Under the pieces are notes generated by a model. The model ran no database searches. It worked only from the letters and a program-made list of their open reading frames with translations, and had not been told where the DNA came from. Positions 50,136 through 59,170 of a stretch of 64,000 nucleotides of DNA are shown here, one piece after another; positions within the stretch are counted from its first letter, which is position 1; every line of letters starts with the position of its first letter. Both the position numbers and the translations under genes were made by a program. This stretch comes from a plasmid. Where the stretch lies: assembly GCF_056746865.1 (NCBI RefSeq), contig NZ_JBWKMP010000003.1; one strand, given 5' to 3'.

Positions 50136-50753
50136 ATGGTGGCCTGTTTGGGAGAAATAGCAGTGATTTGCGGCGCTAACGTTGCGGACGGAATCAGTCC
50201 GCTAATGAAAGCATACATCATATCAAGCGAGGATATGGTCATCGGATATATCGGCGAAGGTTCCTCTGCCGAATTAACGTCTCTGTGGCAGTCGCCATTT
50301 GAAGATAAAGCGATGGGCAGCATGTTAGGCGCTATTAGCGAGGCGGCATCATCTCTTGCAGGCATCGTGCAGACATCATCAGGGTACACGAGTAAAAGCC
50401 GGTTCAACTCCACCCTCGTGTGGGAAGGGCAACAACCGCCGGAATTTACCCTTGTACTGGATTTTTTAGCGATGTCCAACGCCAAAACGGAAGTGAATGA
50501 CGCCATCACGACGTTGCTGAAAATGGCATCGCCAGAACTAAACGACATTACGCCTTTTGGTCGAGTCCCGGAGGCCGTAACGATAAATATCGGCAGGAAC
50601 GTGATGTTAACGAACGTTGTGATCAAAAGCGTCAGCTATCAGCTTGACGCCCCGCGCACATCGGAAGGCTATTTCACCCACAACACGGTCACTCTGCAAT
50701 GCAGTGGTAACACATCTATTAACCGCAGCAATATCTCATCTGTTTTTGTTTAG
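50136..50753 (+). CDS. tail-tube-family-like protein (start uncertain; a GTG at 50163 has a better Shine-Dalgarno)
   Basis: About 200 aa. Position and beta-rich composition support the call. GGGAGA lies 6 nt before the GTG at 50163. Confidence 0.4.
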   Translation: MVACLGEIAVICGANVADGISPLMKAYIISSEDMVIGYIGEGSSAELTSLWQSPFEDKAMGSMLGAISEAASSLAGIVQTSSGYTSKSRFNSTLVWEGQQPPEFTLVLDFLAMSNAKTEVNDAITTLLKMASPELNDITPFGRVPEAVTINIGRNVMLTNVVIKSVSYQLDAPRTSEGYFTHNTVTLQCSGNTSINRSNISSVFV

Positions 50754-50761
50754 GAGTAATT

Positions 50762-51253
50762 ATGGCCGGTTTTTCAAACACAAAAGCCGATCTCGCCTTC
50801 CTGAAAGCCAGATTCAACAAGAACCTGGCAGCAGGCGAAAAATTAATTGGCACTGAATATTGGATGACCATTAAGGGATACGAAAATCTGTCAGTGCTGA
50901 TCCGCACCGCGCAGTTACCGGAAATGACGCGTGAAGACGTAGAAGATTACGCTCCAGGCGGTATGAAGTTCAACCAACACGGCCCGCTGCGTAACTCAGG
51001 TGAATTTCAGGTTACCTGTGCGGAGACGATTGAAGGTGTTGTACTCGCTGCCGTCAAAGAGATGGTTTATCAGAAGAAATATCTGGATATCTCTTTCCAG
51101 GCTGCCGCTGAATCTAACAGCGGTGACAGCAAAGGTCTGTCACGTACTTACTCACACTGCAAAGTGTATTCCGATGCCGTTGATTTCTCATCAGAAGATG
51201 TAACGGCGGTTGTCAGACCGACCCTGCGTATTGTGTACAACTGGGTTGAGTAA
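50762..51253 (+). CDS. tail tube protein
   Basis: 163 aa. TAQLPEMTREDVEDYAPGGMKFNQHGPLRNSGEFQVTCAE fits the contractile-tail tube pattern (site-E-x-x-E-x-x-x-x-GG...G-x-F-x-V-T). Confidence 0.55.
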   Translation: MAGFSNTKADLAFLKARFNKNLAAGEKLIGTEYWMTIKGYENLSVLIRTAQLPEMTREDVEDYAPGGMKFNQHGPLRNSGEFQVTCAETIEGVVLAAVKEMVYQKKYLDISFQAAAESNSGDSKGLSRTYSHCKVYSDAVDFSSEDVTAVVRPTLRIVYNWVE

Positions 51254-51304
51254 TACCGATCCCGCTCAAAAGAGCGGGATTATCCCCCTCCGTCCGGAGT
51301 ATTT

Positions 51305-51856
51305 ATGACACCTTCTGAACTATTAGAAAGCGTTAAAGCGCGATTCAATCCTCTTCTTGTACGGGAAGAGGAAACACTGAAAGCATTCCTGCTCAAAGCG
51401 TTGACTACTTACCAGGACAGGGCAGGCGTAGTTAAGGCGTTAAAGCTGGAGAAATCAGACGGCACGGCGATCCCTGTTCCGGATGATTATCTGTCTCTGG
51501 TCCACGTCACTGACCACAACGGGCTTCTGGTTTACGCCGACGAGATTGCCGGTTTTGTCGAACTTGAGCTTACCGGTTCTGAACGCTGGCCTTTCAAGAT
51601 GCAATACCTTGTAAATCTCCGCGATCGCAACCTGGATGAGTGGCAAGTGCCACCTGCGATTATCGGAATGCTTGAGGAATATCTTGAAGCACTTATCAAT
51701 GTCCGCAACGTTGCCCGCCAGCGAAGGGCGTCAATTGATGGCAAGTTTGATTACTCCGATCTTCCTGATGAGGCGACGCTCTACGCGCGTGTTCAGGAGA
51801 TAGAAGAAAAAATGGCAGCCAACCGGGCCATTATCCCTGGTGCTACCATTTTTTAA
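51305..51856 (+). CDS. hypothetical virion-module protein
   Basis: 183-aa ORF, preceded by an intercistronic hairpin at 51259-51280. Confidence 0.5.
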   Translation: MTPSELLESVKARFNPLLVREEETLKAFLLKALTTYQDRAGVVKALKLEKSDGTAIPVPDDYLSLVHVTDHNGLLVYADEIAGFVELELTGSERWPFKMQYLVNLRDRNLDEWQVPPAIIGMLEEYLEALINVRNVARQRRASIDGKFDYSDLPDEATLYARVQEIEEKMAANRAIIPGATIF

Positions 51857-51869
51857 CACGGAGGGCTAC

Positions 51870-52577
51870 GTGAGTATTTTTAGTGCTACAACGCAAACGC
51901 TAGCCAGTGCGGTATCGTTTAGCGCGAAATCGTTCACCAGCAACCTTATCAGCGACATTCTGGATAGAGCGGTGTCTGGCAGTGGCGTTAGTGGGAGCTA
52001 CGGCAATGACATCGCTTACGGAAAGAACGTAGTTGCTACGGCTATGCGTATCCGCTATGCCCAGGGCTGGCAGTGGACGGTAGACGTAGACGGATTAAGC
52101 GGCTTTGATATGTTCGTTAAGGACATCACTTACAGTAGCGGGAATATTGAAACAGAAAGCAAAATCATTGGTAGCGTCGAGTTCAATAAGCCAACGCACG
52201 TAACCGCCGGGCCGGTAACAATGACGGTCAGAGACACAGAAGACGGCAAAATAATGAATTGGTTCAAAGAGCGCCGCGCTCGTGTAACCAATAGCGATGG
52301 TACGCTAAACCTGCCGCCAGATTATCTCATGAATATCAGGCTATACCGCGTTACACAGGAAGGCGGGAAAGAGCTGGAAGAGGAAATGCGTGTATTTCCG
52401 ACTCAGATAGGAGAGATCAGCCGCTCACGTGATCAGGTGTCCGAATTCTTGTCCTATCCGATCACGTTCCAGCGATACACATCTGCCGGTTCCGGCCTGT
52501 CCGCATTAGTCAATGGAGCTGCTGGTTTAGCAACAAGCGCACTTAAAAGCGCCGCCAGCAACGTGATCAAGTTTTGA
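51870..52577 (+). CDS. tube/baseplate-junction-like protein
   Basis: 235 aa from a GTG at 51870 (GGAGGG Shine-Dalgarno). Tube-family-like core (WQWTVDVDGLSGFDMFVKDITYSSGNIETE...GPVTMTVRDTEDGKI). Confidence 0.45.
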   Translation: MSIFSATTQTLASAVSFSAKSFTSNLISDILDRAVSGSGVSGSYGNDIAYGKNVVATAMRIRYAQGWQWTVDVDGLSGFDMFVKDITYSSGNIETESKIIGSVEFNKPTHVTAGPVTMTVRDTEDGKIMNWFKERRARVTNSDGTLNLPPDYLMNIRLYRVTQEGGKELEEEMRVFPTQIGEISRSRDQVSEFLSYPITFQRYTSAGSGLSALVNGAAGLATSALKSAASNVIKF

Positions 52578-52618
52578 AATGCAATATTAAAGTGCGAGAA
52601 GGTGGGGAAGGGGCAAAC

Positions 52619-52912
52619 TTGAGGGCAATATCTACACCTGCTGTTTACGTCAATGATGGCATTTTTTACACATCACAACAAAATCAACGCGTTACAACCA
52701 TAAAACATTCAACAGTAGTGCGATAAAAATAGCTATAGCATACGATGCCATCTGAGGGTGATTTTTACACATTCCTTATTAATCAATAAATTACAAATAA
52801 TGTTAGCCGTTAAAGATCCAACCAACTAACTAATGATGTAAGAATTGCCCTCAATCTCCCATCTTTAAGGGCAAATCCTACACCTACAGAGAGGTGTAGA
52901 AATTGCCCTTAA
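52619..52912. repeat. downstream iteron array (incA-like)
   Basis: Iteron consensus TGAGGGCAAatCTTACACCT. Plus-orientation copies at 52619-52640, 52752-52773 and 52865-52885, with a degenerate copy at 52654-52674. Minus-orientation copies at 52835-52854 and 52892-52912. Confidence 0.7.
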
Positions 52913-53664
52913 GACTGCTGATAGGTGAATTTTATTTTTGTAACTCTGCCACCTTCTGTAACCTCTGAGAAAACTATTTTCATTTTTGTGTTTTTTTCGA
53001 TTTCAGCTACAGCTTTTGCCAGAAAGCTTCTCTTAAATTCGGCGTACCGTTGATAGCTTTTGGGAAGACCATAACGCTCCCGCATCCATTCAACGCCAAG
53101 TATAGCGAAGCCGCTCCCATCATCCTTTCTATACTGGCATAAGGACTCATAAAGCCGCATAGAATAAGGGTTTGTCAGGCGAGACACTTCAGTAAAATTC
53201 AGCCTCGTGAACCTCTTATCAAGCAGAGTAAAAAACGGCATGAGATATGGATTCAGATGAATAATGTAAGTCCCCCGGCGTGGTGAGTAAGCCTCCTTAA
53301 TCATCCAGGGATAAGACTCATAACTGTCTTCTGATTCGGTTGATTCATCAGGGTTATATATCGTGACTTTCTTCTCACTAAGTCCGGAGATAGCTTTACG
53401 AATATCCTTGCTGGCTTCAGCAGAGGGCAAATTATACATCTCTGCATATTCGTTGACCGTCAACTCACAGGCACCTGAACCAAGAACGCCATCCTTAGAA
53501 GCATAGCGAAGTCTTCCCACCACAATAAACAACAGTCGCTTTTGGTCGCGTGTCAGGTGATAAGCCGCCTCTGTGATCTCATTGGCCTGCGCCAAGCTAC
53601 GGCTAATTGGTGTCGCTGATTCAATCAGACTGACGGCTTTTGCCGTTAATTCCGCTCTGTTCAT
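52909..53664 (-). CDS. repA: iteron-binding replication initiator RepA (Rep_3 family)
   Basis: 251 aa from MNRAELTAK. Flanked on both sides by roughly 20-bp iterons. Winged-helix Rep pattern (LTRDQKRLLFIVV..., NPYSMRLYESLCQY...). Confidence 0.85.
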   Translation of the reverse strand: MNRAELTAKAVSLIESATPISRSLAQANEITEAAYHLTRDQKRLLFIVVGRLRYASKDGVLGSGACELTVNEYAEMYNLPSAEASKDIRKAISGLSEKKVTIYNPDESTESEDSYESYPWMIKEAYSPRRGTYIIHLNPYLMPFFTLLDKRFTRLNFTEVSRLTNPYSMRLYESLCQYRKDDGSGFAILGVEWMRERYGLPKSYQRYAEFKRSFLAKAVAEIEKNTKMKIVFSEVTEGGRVTKIKFTYQQS

Positions 53665-53687
53665 AACCCTGTGTGATCCTTCAAATG

Positions 53688-53807
53688 GTGAGGGCAATTT
53701 TTACATCACTTTGAGGGCAATTACTACACCTTTTGAGGGCAAATCTTACACCTGCTGAGGGCAAATCTTACACCTCAATAGCTTAATTGAGGGCAAATCT
53801 TACACCT
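53688..53807. repeat. five direct iterons over the repA promoter (incC/origin-like)
   Basis: Copies at 53688-53708, 53711-53731, 53733-53753, 53755-53775 and 53787-53807. The three central copies are spaced exactly 22 bp apart. Confidence 0.8.
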
Positions 53808-53839
53808 TGGTCCTCTACAAGCCCCGCCACCCCTGGCCT

Positions 53840-53990
53840 CCGCGATGCCTAAAAAGGATCTAAAAAGGATTAAAAAGAGAAAAAGGTTTATAAAAATACT
53901 CTGTGGATATGTGAATTGCGTCACTTAAGGTGTAAAAATCACCCTCAATAGTTGCTGTTCGATCGACAAAGATCCTTATTCAATACTCCC
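53840..53990. other. oriR: probable replication origin core
   Basis: AT-rich with an AAAAAGGAT(C) triple repeat (53851-53885). DnaA-box-like TGTGGATAT (53902-53910). Inverted iteron at 53927-53948. GATC sites at 53857, 53961 and 53972. Confidence 0.5.
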
Positions 53991-54050
53991 ACAAATCACA
54001 CACTCCCTATCCTCTGAAAAACTAACTGAACCTAGCTTTCGGAGGAATCC

Positions 54051-54875
54051 TTGAACATTCCCAAATTCCCATTGCCTTCACAGCCTGAAATAGAAATTCA
54101 GTTTCATGCACCTACTGTGAAAGATGCCCTGAAATATTCAGACATCAATCCGGCAGAAGACGAGGCAACCACAACAGAATACCTCAATGCTATGCAAGAC
54201 GGCGAAATTAACGACAGCTCAAACTGGACAGTTCAGGATCGCAGAACCGCGCTTTGGTGGATCTTTGTTAATTCCAGGCCTGATGCCGTCATGACTTACT
54301 CATACGAGTGTGGTCACTGTGGAAACGTTCATCACGCAGATATTAACCTTTCAGACCTTGCCGAAACGGTAGAAATCCTGACTGTCCCGCCGTTTATTAA
54401 AACTATGGTCCCTATAAACGGAGTACCAACCGAGTGGACGCTTAAACCACTAACAGGGAAAGGAGCTGAATTGCTTGAGCGTATGCGCGCCACTTTGCCT
54501 GATATGAAAACTCCAGAGTACAGTGCTGAGGTTGCTCGTCTCCGCATAGCTGAGTTGGCCTTGTGTACATCTCTGAACGACGATCCAGAAGACTTCACAC
54601 AAGCTGCAAACAGACGATTCGATATCATTGAAAACATGGCTCTGGAAACCGAGTTTACCCCTCTGGTAGCTCGCATTCAGCTCATGCAGAAAGACCTTCG
54701 CCACGGCTTAAAAATGGCTATTGAACGAGGCACAAGCCGCCTGATCCTACCGCCACAACGCTGCAAAAACGCTAAGGAGGGTGCAGACGTGACTACCACG
54801 CTGTACGCCCCATTTCTCAATAGAGAGTTTATCCCATCAATTAGATCTGAATGGATGGCTAACCATTATCAATAA
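54051..54875 (+). CDS. putative tail assembly chaperone (gene immediately upstream of the tape measure)
   Basis: 274 aa. TTG start with a GGAGGA Shine-Dalgarno. CGHCG zinc-like motif. The +1 frame stays open across its stop (see findings). Confidence 0.4.
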   Translation: MNIPKFPLPSQPEIEIQFHAPTVKDALKYSDINPAEDEATTTEYLNAMQDGEINDSSNWTVQDRRTALWWIFVNSRPDAVMTYSYECGHCGNVHHADINLSDLAETVEILTVPPFIKTMVPINGVPTEWTLKPLTGKGAELLERMRATLPDMKTPEYSAEVARLRIAELALCTSLNDDPEDFTQAANRRFDIIENMALETEFTPLVARIQLMQKDLRHGLKMAIERGTSRLILPPQRCKNAKEGADVTTTLYAPFLNREFIPSIRSEWMANHYQ

Positions 54876-54926
54876 CCTGACGTTATACGGCTACCAGCCA
54901 GTTAGTGACGTTGAACAATTACCGCA

Positions 54927-57900
54927 GTGGCGGGCACTCCATATGGAAAAAGCACTGGAAGAGAAATACAAAGCCCACGCCAAAAAAACAGGGTGATCAC
55001 CGCCGATGTAAGTGAGGTTATTTTGAACGATAAAAAAGACCGAATAGCGATAATCGACGCAATACAAACGGCAAACGCGAAAGAGCTAGCTGCGCTTTCA
55101 GAAATAAAAAAAGCACTTGAGTCTTACGGACGCAATCCTGATACCAGCGACGCACCACAAGGACGCGTAAGTCGTCGCCTGGCCCGAACAGGGAAAGCAG
55201 GGGCGCAACGCAACAGTTTCACACAGGGGCCGTATAAAGACCGGCTCCCTACCAGGAAACAGAGATTACGTATAAACAACACTAGCGAGATAGATAATCC
55301 GCAAAAAGCAGCAGCAGATCACCGCACCGCTCATTCGGAATCAAAAACAGCACCGCTGGCTGAAGGCAAAGCCACGAAGTCATCACCTGAGCGCATTCAA
55401 TCGCTCACTCCTGACATTCAGCCTGCAAGGCAAGAACAACCAGTTAGAGAAAACCAGAGCATCGCTGGTGCACCGTTACGGGATAGCAACGGACGATTTG
55501 CCTCTCAGAAAAAAAACGAGGATCTCGCACGCCAGAATGAGCTACGCGCACAGGCAAAACTACAGGTTGGGTTCCTGCGAAAACTCGGTTCCATTATGGG
55601 GGTTGATGGTTCAGGGAAAGCCGACGATGGAGCTGTAACCGATGCTGCCGGGGTAGGGGCTGGTGGTCCACTATGGATGGCAGCACGGGGCGTATTTGAT
55701 ATCAGCCGCGAGATTACTGGTAAGGCTAAATCATTGAAAGAATGGATAGATAATGGCAACGACAAGGCGGCTGGCGCACCGGTGGTCGCAAAAGCCCCCG
55801 CCATTACTTACCCGGCACCTGACAATGAAAGGAAGACTCCAGATAACGCGCCCGGTTCAGCAAAGGCATTTACTGAAGCCGTTAAAGAAAAATCTGTGCG
55901 TGCGATCGAAGAACAAACGAAAGTTCTTCAACGCAACGACAGCCAGATAATTGATGAGCTGGAAACTGTATCCGAAGAGATCCGGAAGCTAAGAAAGTCC
56001 CAGGAGAGTGGGCTAAAACTGAGCGACCTCCTCGGCGGTGGCAGATTACGCACCAAAATATCCCCTACACGCGGTCGTAGCAGTGCACGTGGTGGCAACA
56101 CGGGCCGCACTGGAGACAGTAAAGAAAACAAGGGCAAGAAGGGAAAAAACACCAGCAAACCTACTGAGACGGGCAGGAGTCAGGAAGGCAAAGAGGGGAA
56201 AAAAAATCAGCCAGGCAAAAACAACAGTGCGGGCGAGGAAAAAAATCGGACAAAAAATGCTGGTGGGAACGAGGGTAGTACCTCACCAAAATCATCGGGT
56301 GATAAATCTTCAGTTAAAACCAGAGCAGGTAAGGTCACTGAAGAAAGTGTAGCCAAAACGGCGACTGGTGGAGCGGCAGGGAAAGACGCTGGTAAAGCGG
56401 CAACTTCCGCTGGGGAAAGCCTTACCAGGAAAGAGGCGGGTAAGGTTGCCGTTGCCACTGGTGAAAACATCGCGAAAAAAGAAGCTGGAAAAGTGGCTCT
56501 CAAAGCTGCCGGAGGTGTTGCCGCAAGGGCCGGATTCAGGGCGATTCCAGTCATCGGCCAGGTGGCTATGGTTGGTTATGATGCCGTAGACGGCTACAGC
56601 GACACAGAAGCGCAGAGGGCGACTTATAACCTGAAGGAAGGGCAGGACGTTACAACACAGCAAAAGAGCGCCTACGCCGCTGCTAACGTCCTGGATATGG
56701 GCGGTCTGGTGACGGGAGCGGCTAACCTCATTGGCGAGGGGATGTCCGCGCTAGGCTTTGAAGGTGTCGGACAAAAACTTCAGAGTCTTGATACCAGCAA
56801 TATCGCTCGCGGCATAAATAGTTCTATCGACGCGTCGAAGAACGCATTCAGCAGCCTAAAAGAATCGTTCTCATCAAGCAGCGAAGGCACTGCGCAGGTT
56901 AAGAAAGCCGTTGAAGATGGCACCAAGCAAACGGTAGCCGCAATTAATGATCTGGCCCGACAGCTACAGGGCGGGCGCAGAGGTGAGGATGGCGTGGGTG
57001 AACACGGCTACAAATCGCCAGACGAATTTAAAGCGCCTGAAAAAAATACAATAACGGCTGATCTGAATATAGGCGGAAGCAACGCCAAGAACAGGAATTA
57101 CCGGAATAACAACCTGGGGAACCTGGTTTTTGCAAATCAGGAGGGGGCGGTACTGGAAGCGCCGAACGCGAAAGGCGAACAGCGTTTTGCGCGGTTTAAT
57201 ACGCCCGAAGAAGGGATTCGGGCATTGGCAAACCAGGTATCGAGTTATTACAACGGTACAAGTGCTGCCGCCGGGTATCAGAAGCTGCAAACAGTATCCA
57301 GCATCATTTCAAAATGGGCACCACCAACAGAGAACAACACCAATCAGTACATTGAAAACGTCAGCAAATATCTCGGGGTATCCCCCAACGATAAAATAGA
57401 CGTTAGCAACCCTGAAGTTATGACGCACCTTGTTCGCGCCATTGCGACGAAGGAGGGGGGTAACCCGGCGGTTAACAACAATTTCATCAAAACAGCTCTT
57501 GGTTCATTCAACGCTAAAACTGGGCGTTGGGAAGGGCAATTCAATGATGAAACGCTGGAACACATTAATAAAATCCAGAAGGAAAAGGGCGGTCCTCTAA
57601 TCGCTCGCAACTCCCAATATAGTGTCGGTAGCAAAGTCAAATACGCCAACGGCTCATCTTCTGCTATTCCTGCGTCAAGCGTAGCCCAGGCTGTAATGCC
57701 TAGCCCTACTGACGTGGTTCAACACGCACAGGCAGCTAAAAAACCGAAGGCAGCTCAACAGGAAAATGCCCAAGCGATCAGCCACGCGAAAGCTAGTGGC
57801 AATTCTTCCGCCGCAGCCGGATTGACGGAGCGGTTAATGAGTGCAGACGGTGTTGGGGGCGTCATCGCCGGGATAGTTGGGGGAGATCCCAATATGGGGC

Positions 57901-58790
57901 TAAATCTCGGCCCTGTCAGTTCTCCGGAAGAGATGTCCTCGTTAGCAGCAAAAGCCAAGCAATTGGATAAGTTTCTTGTTGAAAAAATATCCAGAGCAAC
58001 GGGCAAAAACTTTAGTTTCCAGAAGGCGGAACAGATCGCCGATATCACTACGGCTATACAGCAAAAGCGCAACGTTAACCGCGATACAGAAACCATTGGC
58101 CTGCTTCCGGAGAGTCCGGCAACCATCAGCGAGAAGCGTGCCACATCGACACCGGCGGGTGTGCAGATGTACGACAACGGCTACAAGGTGGTTGAAGGTG
58201 AGGACAGGGGCTTCTTTGGCTCGCTATTTGATTCAACTGTGTCAGGGCTTAACCAGGTAGGCTCCGCCGTCCTCCCCGCCGTTGGAGATAACCTCTCGCG
58301 ACTTGTGGGCGGTATTGATAGCACCGGAATGTTAAATGACTTTGTATTGCAGTCCTCTGGACAGAATACCGATGTTGCTCGCGCTATTAGTCCGTTAACA
58401 AGGAGTGTTGGCGGTTGGCTGAATGGTGGCATACAGAAAACGGCGGATACGATCAGGGACACAACTGGCGCAATCAATCAAAGCCTGTTTGCTTCGGGCG
58501 TGGCTGCTAAAGAACCGTTCCTTGCAATGCCTCCGCAGCTACCAATCGTCACGGACCTCGCACGAAGCGGAATAAGGCAGATGCTAACAACAGATACCGC
58601 AAATAACGATCCGGCTATGTTGAAAGCACTGGAGAACGTTTATTCCGTTCTTAAAGAGATTCTTGGCGTAAGCAAAGACAACCGCAAAGGCGATCAGGAC
58701 AAAGTTGTGAACACATCACAACCACAACCTCGTCAGCGTGCCAGCACGACTATCAATGACCCATCTCTTGACAAATTACTGGAGGATTAA
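54927..58790 (+). CDS. tail tape measure protein (start uncertain: GTG 54927, GTG 54993 or TTG 55023)
   Basis: About 1260-1287 aa, the largest ORF, lying between the chaperone-like gene and the baseplate genes. Contains long helical/low-complexity regions and hydrophobic Gly-rich segments. Confidence 0.75.
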   Translation: MAGTPYGKSTGREIQSPRQKNRVITADVSEVILNDKKDRIAIIDAIQTANAKELAALSEIKKALESYGRNPDTSDAPQGRVSRRLARTGKAGAQRNSFTQGPYKDRLPTRKQRLRINNTSEIDNPQKAAADHRTAHSESKTAPLAEGKATKSSPERIQSLTPDIQPARQEQPVRENQSIAGAPLRDSNGRFASQKKNEDLARQNELRAQAKLQVGFLRKLGSIMGVDGSGKADDGAVTDAAGVGAGGPLWMAARGVFDISREITGKAKSLKEWIDNGNDKAAGAPVVAKAPAITYPAPDNERKTPDNAPGSAKAFTEAVKEKSVRAIEEQTKVLQRNDSQIIDELETVSEEIRKLRKSQESGLKLSDLLGGGRLRTKISPTRGRSSARGGNTGRTGDSKENKGKKGKNTSKPTETGRSQEGKEGKKNQPGKNNSAGEEKNRTKNAGGNEGSTSPKSSGDKSSVKTRAGKVTEESVAKTATGGAAGKDAGKAATSAGESLTRKEAGKVAVATGENIAKKEAGKVALKAAGGVAARAGFRAIPVIGQVAMVGYDAVDGYSDTEAQRATYNLKEGQDVTTQQKSAYAAANVLDMGGLVTGAANLIGEGMSALGFEGVGQKLQSLDTSNIARGINSSIDASKNAFSSLKESFSSSSEGTAQVKKAVEDGTKQTVAAINDLARQLQGGRRGEDGVGEHGYKSPDEFKAPEKNTITADLNIGGSNAKNRNYRNNNLGNLVFANQEGAVLEAPNAKGEQRFARFNTPEEGIRALANQVSSYYNGTSAAAGYQKLQTVSSIISKWAPPTENNTNQYIENVSKYLGVSPNDKIDVSNPEVMTHLVRAIATKEGGNPAVNNNFIKTALGSFNAKTGRWEGQFNDETLEHINKIQKEKGGPLIARNSQYSVGSKVKYANGSSSAIPASSVAQAVMPSPTDVVQHAQAAKKPKAAQQENAQAISHAKASGNSSAAAGLTERLMSADGVGGVIAGIVGGDPNMGLNLGPVSSPEEMSSLAAKAKQLDKFLVEKISRATGKNFSFQKAEQIADITTAIQQKRNVNRDTETIGLLPESPATISEKRATSTPAGVQMYDNGYKVVEGEDRGFFGSLFDSTVSGLNQVGSAVLPAVGDNLSRLVGGIDSTGMLNDFVLQSSGQNTDVARAISPLTRSVGGWLNGGIQKTADTIRDTTGAINQSLFASGVAAKEPFLAMPPQLPIVTDLARSGIRQMLTTDTANNDPAMLKALENVYSVLKEILGVSKDNRKGDQDKVVNTSQPQPRQRASTTINDPSLDKLLED

Positions 58791-58795
58791 GACCG

Positions 58796-59170
58796 ATGCT
58801 TTATGAGATTGATGCCCGCCTTCAGACAAACGAGAGCGGGGTGGTGATCGCTGAAGGCGACACAAACGCCTGGATAGCCCGACTCGATGAATGGCTACGG
58901 ACACCAAATGGCAGCGTTTACGGATTTCCGTCATGGGGGAATCCGATGGAGGAGTTCAAACACGAACCCTTCGGTTCTGATACGTCACACATTGTTGAAG
59001 TGGCGATTGAAGCGCGAATGATGACGAAGCTACAGCAGGACTTACCAGGGCTTGGACTCCAGGCGATCCGCTGCGCGACTGTCTCTGAAGACCAGTTACT
59101 AATTAGCTTCCAGGCAAAAGGAGGCACCGTGAATGTTGTTATGCAGAAAGATAGCGGAGATACAGCGTGA
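58796..59170 (+). CDS. baseplate wedge protein (gp25 / GPW family)
   Basis: 124 aa. GSVYGFPSWGNPMEEFKHEPF...IVEVAIEARMMTKLQQDLPGL...LLISF fits the GPW/gp25 pattern. Confidence 0.7.
   Translation: MLYEIDARLQTNESGVVIAEGDTNAWIARLDEWLRTPNGSVYGFPSWGNPMEEFKHEPFGSDTSHIVEVAIEARMMTKLQQDLPGLGLQAIRCATVSEDQLLISFQAKGGTVNVVMQKDSGDTA

Noticed and set aside
49898-50626. 242-aa minus-strand ORF spanning 49371-50117 and 50136-50753
   Set aside because: It is antisense to two coupled late genes and crosses their intergenic gap. Its Ser/Ala/Arg-rich composition indicates a shadow ORF.
52619-53948. Direct-repeat arrays as a possible CRISPR locus
   Set aside because: The repeats are ~20-bp iterons in both orientations with irregular or no spacers. 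They flank a Rep_3-type initiator, and no cas genes are present. This is a plasmid iteron replicon.
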